Below, piece by piece: positions 59,858 through 60,206 of a stretch of 60,206 nt of DNA (position 1 is its first letter; every line of letters starts with the position of its first letter). The DNA lies in the NCBI GenBank assembly GCA_040390885.1, contig JAZJXN010000036.1:29194-89399 (forward strand). The letters run 5' to 3'. The notes under the pieces are model-generated. The model saw nothing but the letters and a program-made list of their open reading frames with translations. It did not search any database and was not told where the DNA came from. The stretch is from Pseudomonadota bacterium. Its GTDB lineage: Bacteria > Pseudomonadota > Alphaproteobacteria > Caulobacterales > Caulobacteraceae. Position numbers and translations under genes: made by a program.

Positions 59858-60206
59858 ATGGCGCAACCCGATACGATCGCGCGGCGGCTCACCCCGACGA
59901 GCCGGCTGGTCCTCGAATGCACGGCGCCGGGCTGCGGTGCGCGGTTCGAGGCCACGCGGGCCCAGGCTATCAAGAGGTTCGGACCGACCGCCACGGCCTA
60001 CGCGGTCGAGAACCTCGCCCGCTGCGTCTCCTGCGGCGCGAACAGGATCAAGGCGATGATTGCCGACGCCCGCGAGCTTGCCGGCCCGAAGCCCCGGGAC
60101 CGGATCACGGCAGCCGACGTCGACGCCATGAACGGGCAGCTGGCTACCAACTGCGCGCCATGCCGCGTCGGGTCTCGCCCTGATGTCCGAAATCCGGCCC
60201 TGCGCT
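59858..60206 (+). CDS. Cys-rich (zinc-ribbon-like) hypothetical protein, runs off right edge
   Basis: Manual translation MAQPDTIARRL...LECTAPGCG...RCVSCGA...NCAPCR; open to the window end; 11 bp after the integrase stop. Confidence 0.6.
   Translation, partial: MAQPDTIARRLTPTSRLVLECTAPGCGARFEATRAQAIKRFGPTATAYAVENLARCVSCGANRIKAMIADARELAGPKPRDRITAADVDAMNGQLATNCAPCRVGSRPDVRNPALR

Overview
High-GC alphaproteobacterial DNA; gene style suggests Caulobacteraceae (Phenylobacterium/Caulobacter-like, an inference). Left part (1-22.7 kb): N-terminal part of a large Ig-repeat surface protein, a divergent AraC gene probably starting at ATT, an EF-hand protein and an OprO/P-type porin. It also holds an envelope cluster (DcaP porin, Tat-exported glutaminase, secreted amidohydrolase), a five-gene Dyp-peroxidase operon with a cysteine-less disulfide-reductase-family flavoprotein, other membrane proteins, an OmpW remnant and a YadA-like adhesin. 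At ~22.9 kb a copy of the guaA 3' end (IEWE-stop) with IHF-type sites and a frameshifted AlpA marks the probable end of a genomic island extending rightwards. Island cargo is mosaic: an XRE/serine-hydrolase module, SDRs, a TetR-SDR-Rieske-SnoaL module, several sensor kinases, many pseudogene fragments and a general-stress block in which several genes, including an Mfd-like helicase, have sigma-EcfG-type promoters. A P4-like integrase with tandem arm-type repeats starts a probable second element at the right edge. The most unusual signal is a ~95-bp three-unit element (GTCCGC-N11-13-GCGGAC-type units, conserved spacing) in three full copies plus partial ones, bracketing single genes or operons like cassette boundaries. 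No CRISPR array, rRNA or intact tRNA was seen. All family assignments come from motif recognition by eye, not database searches.
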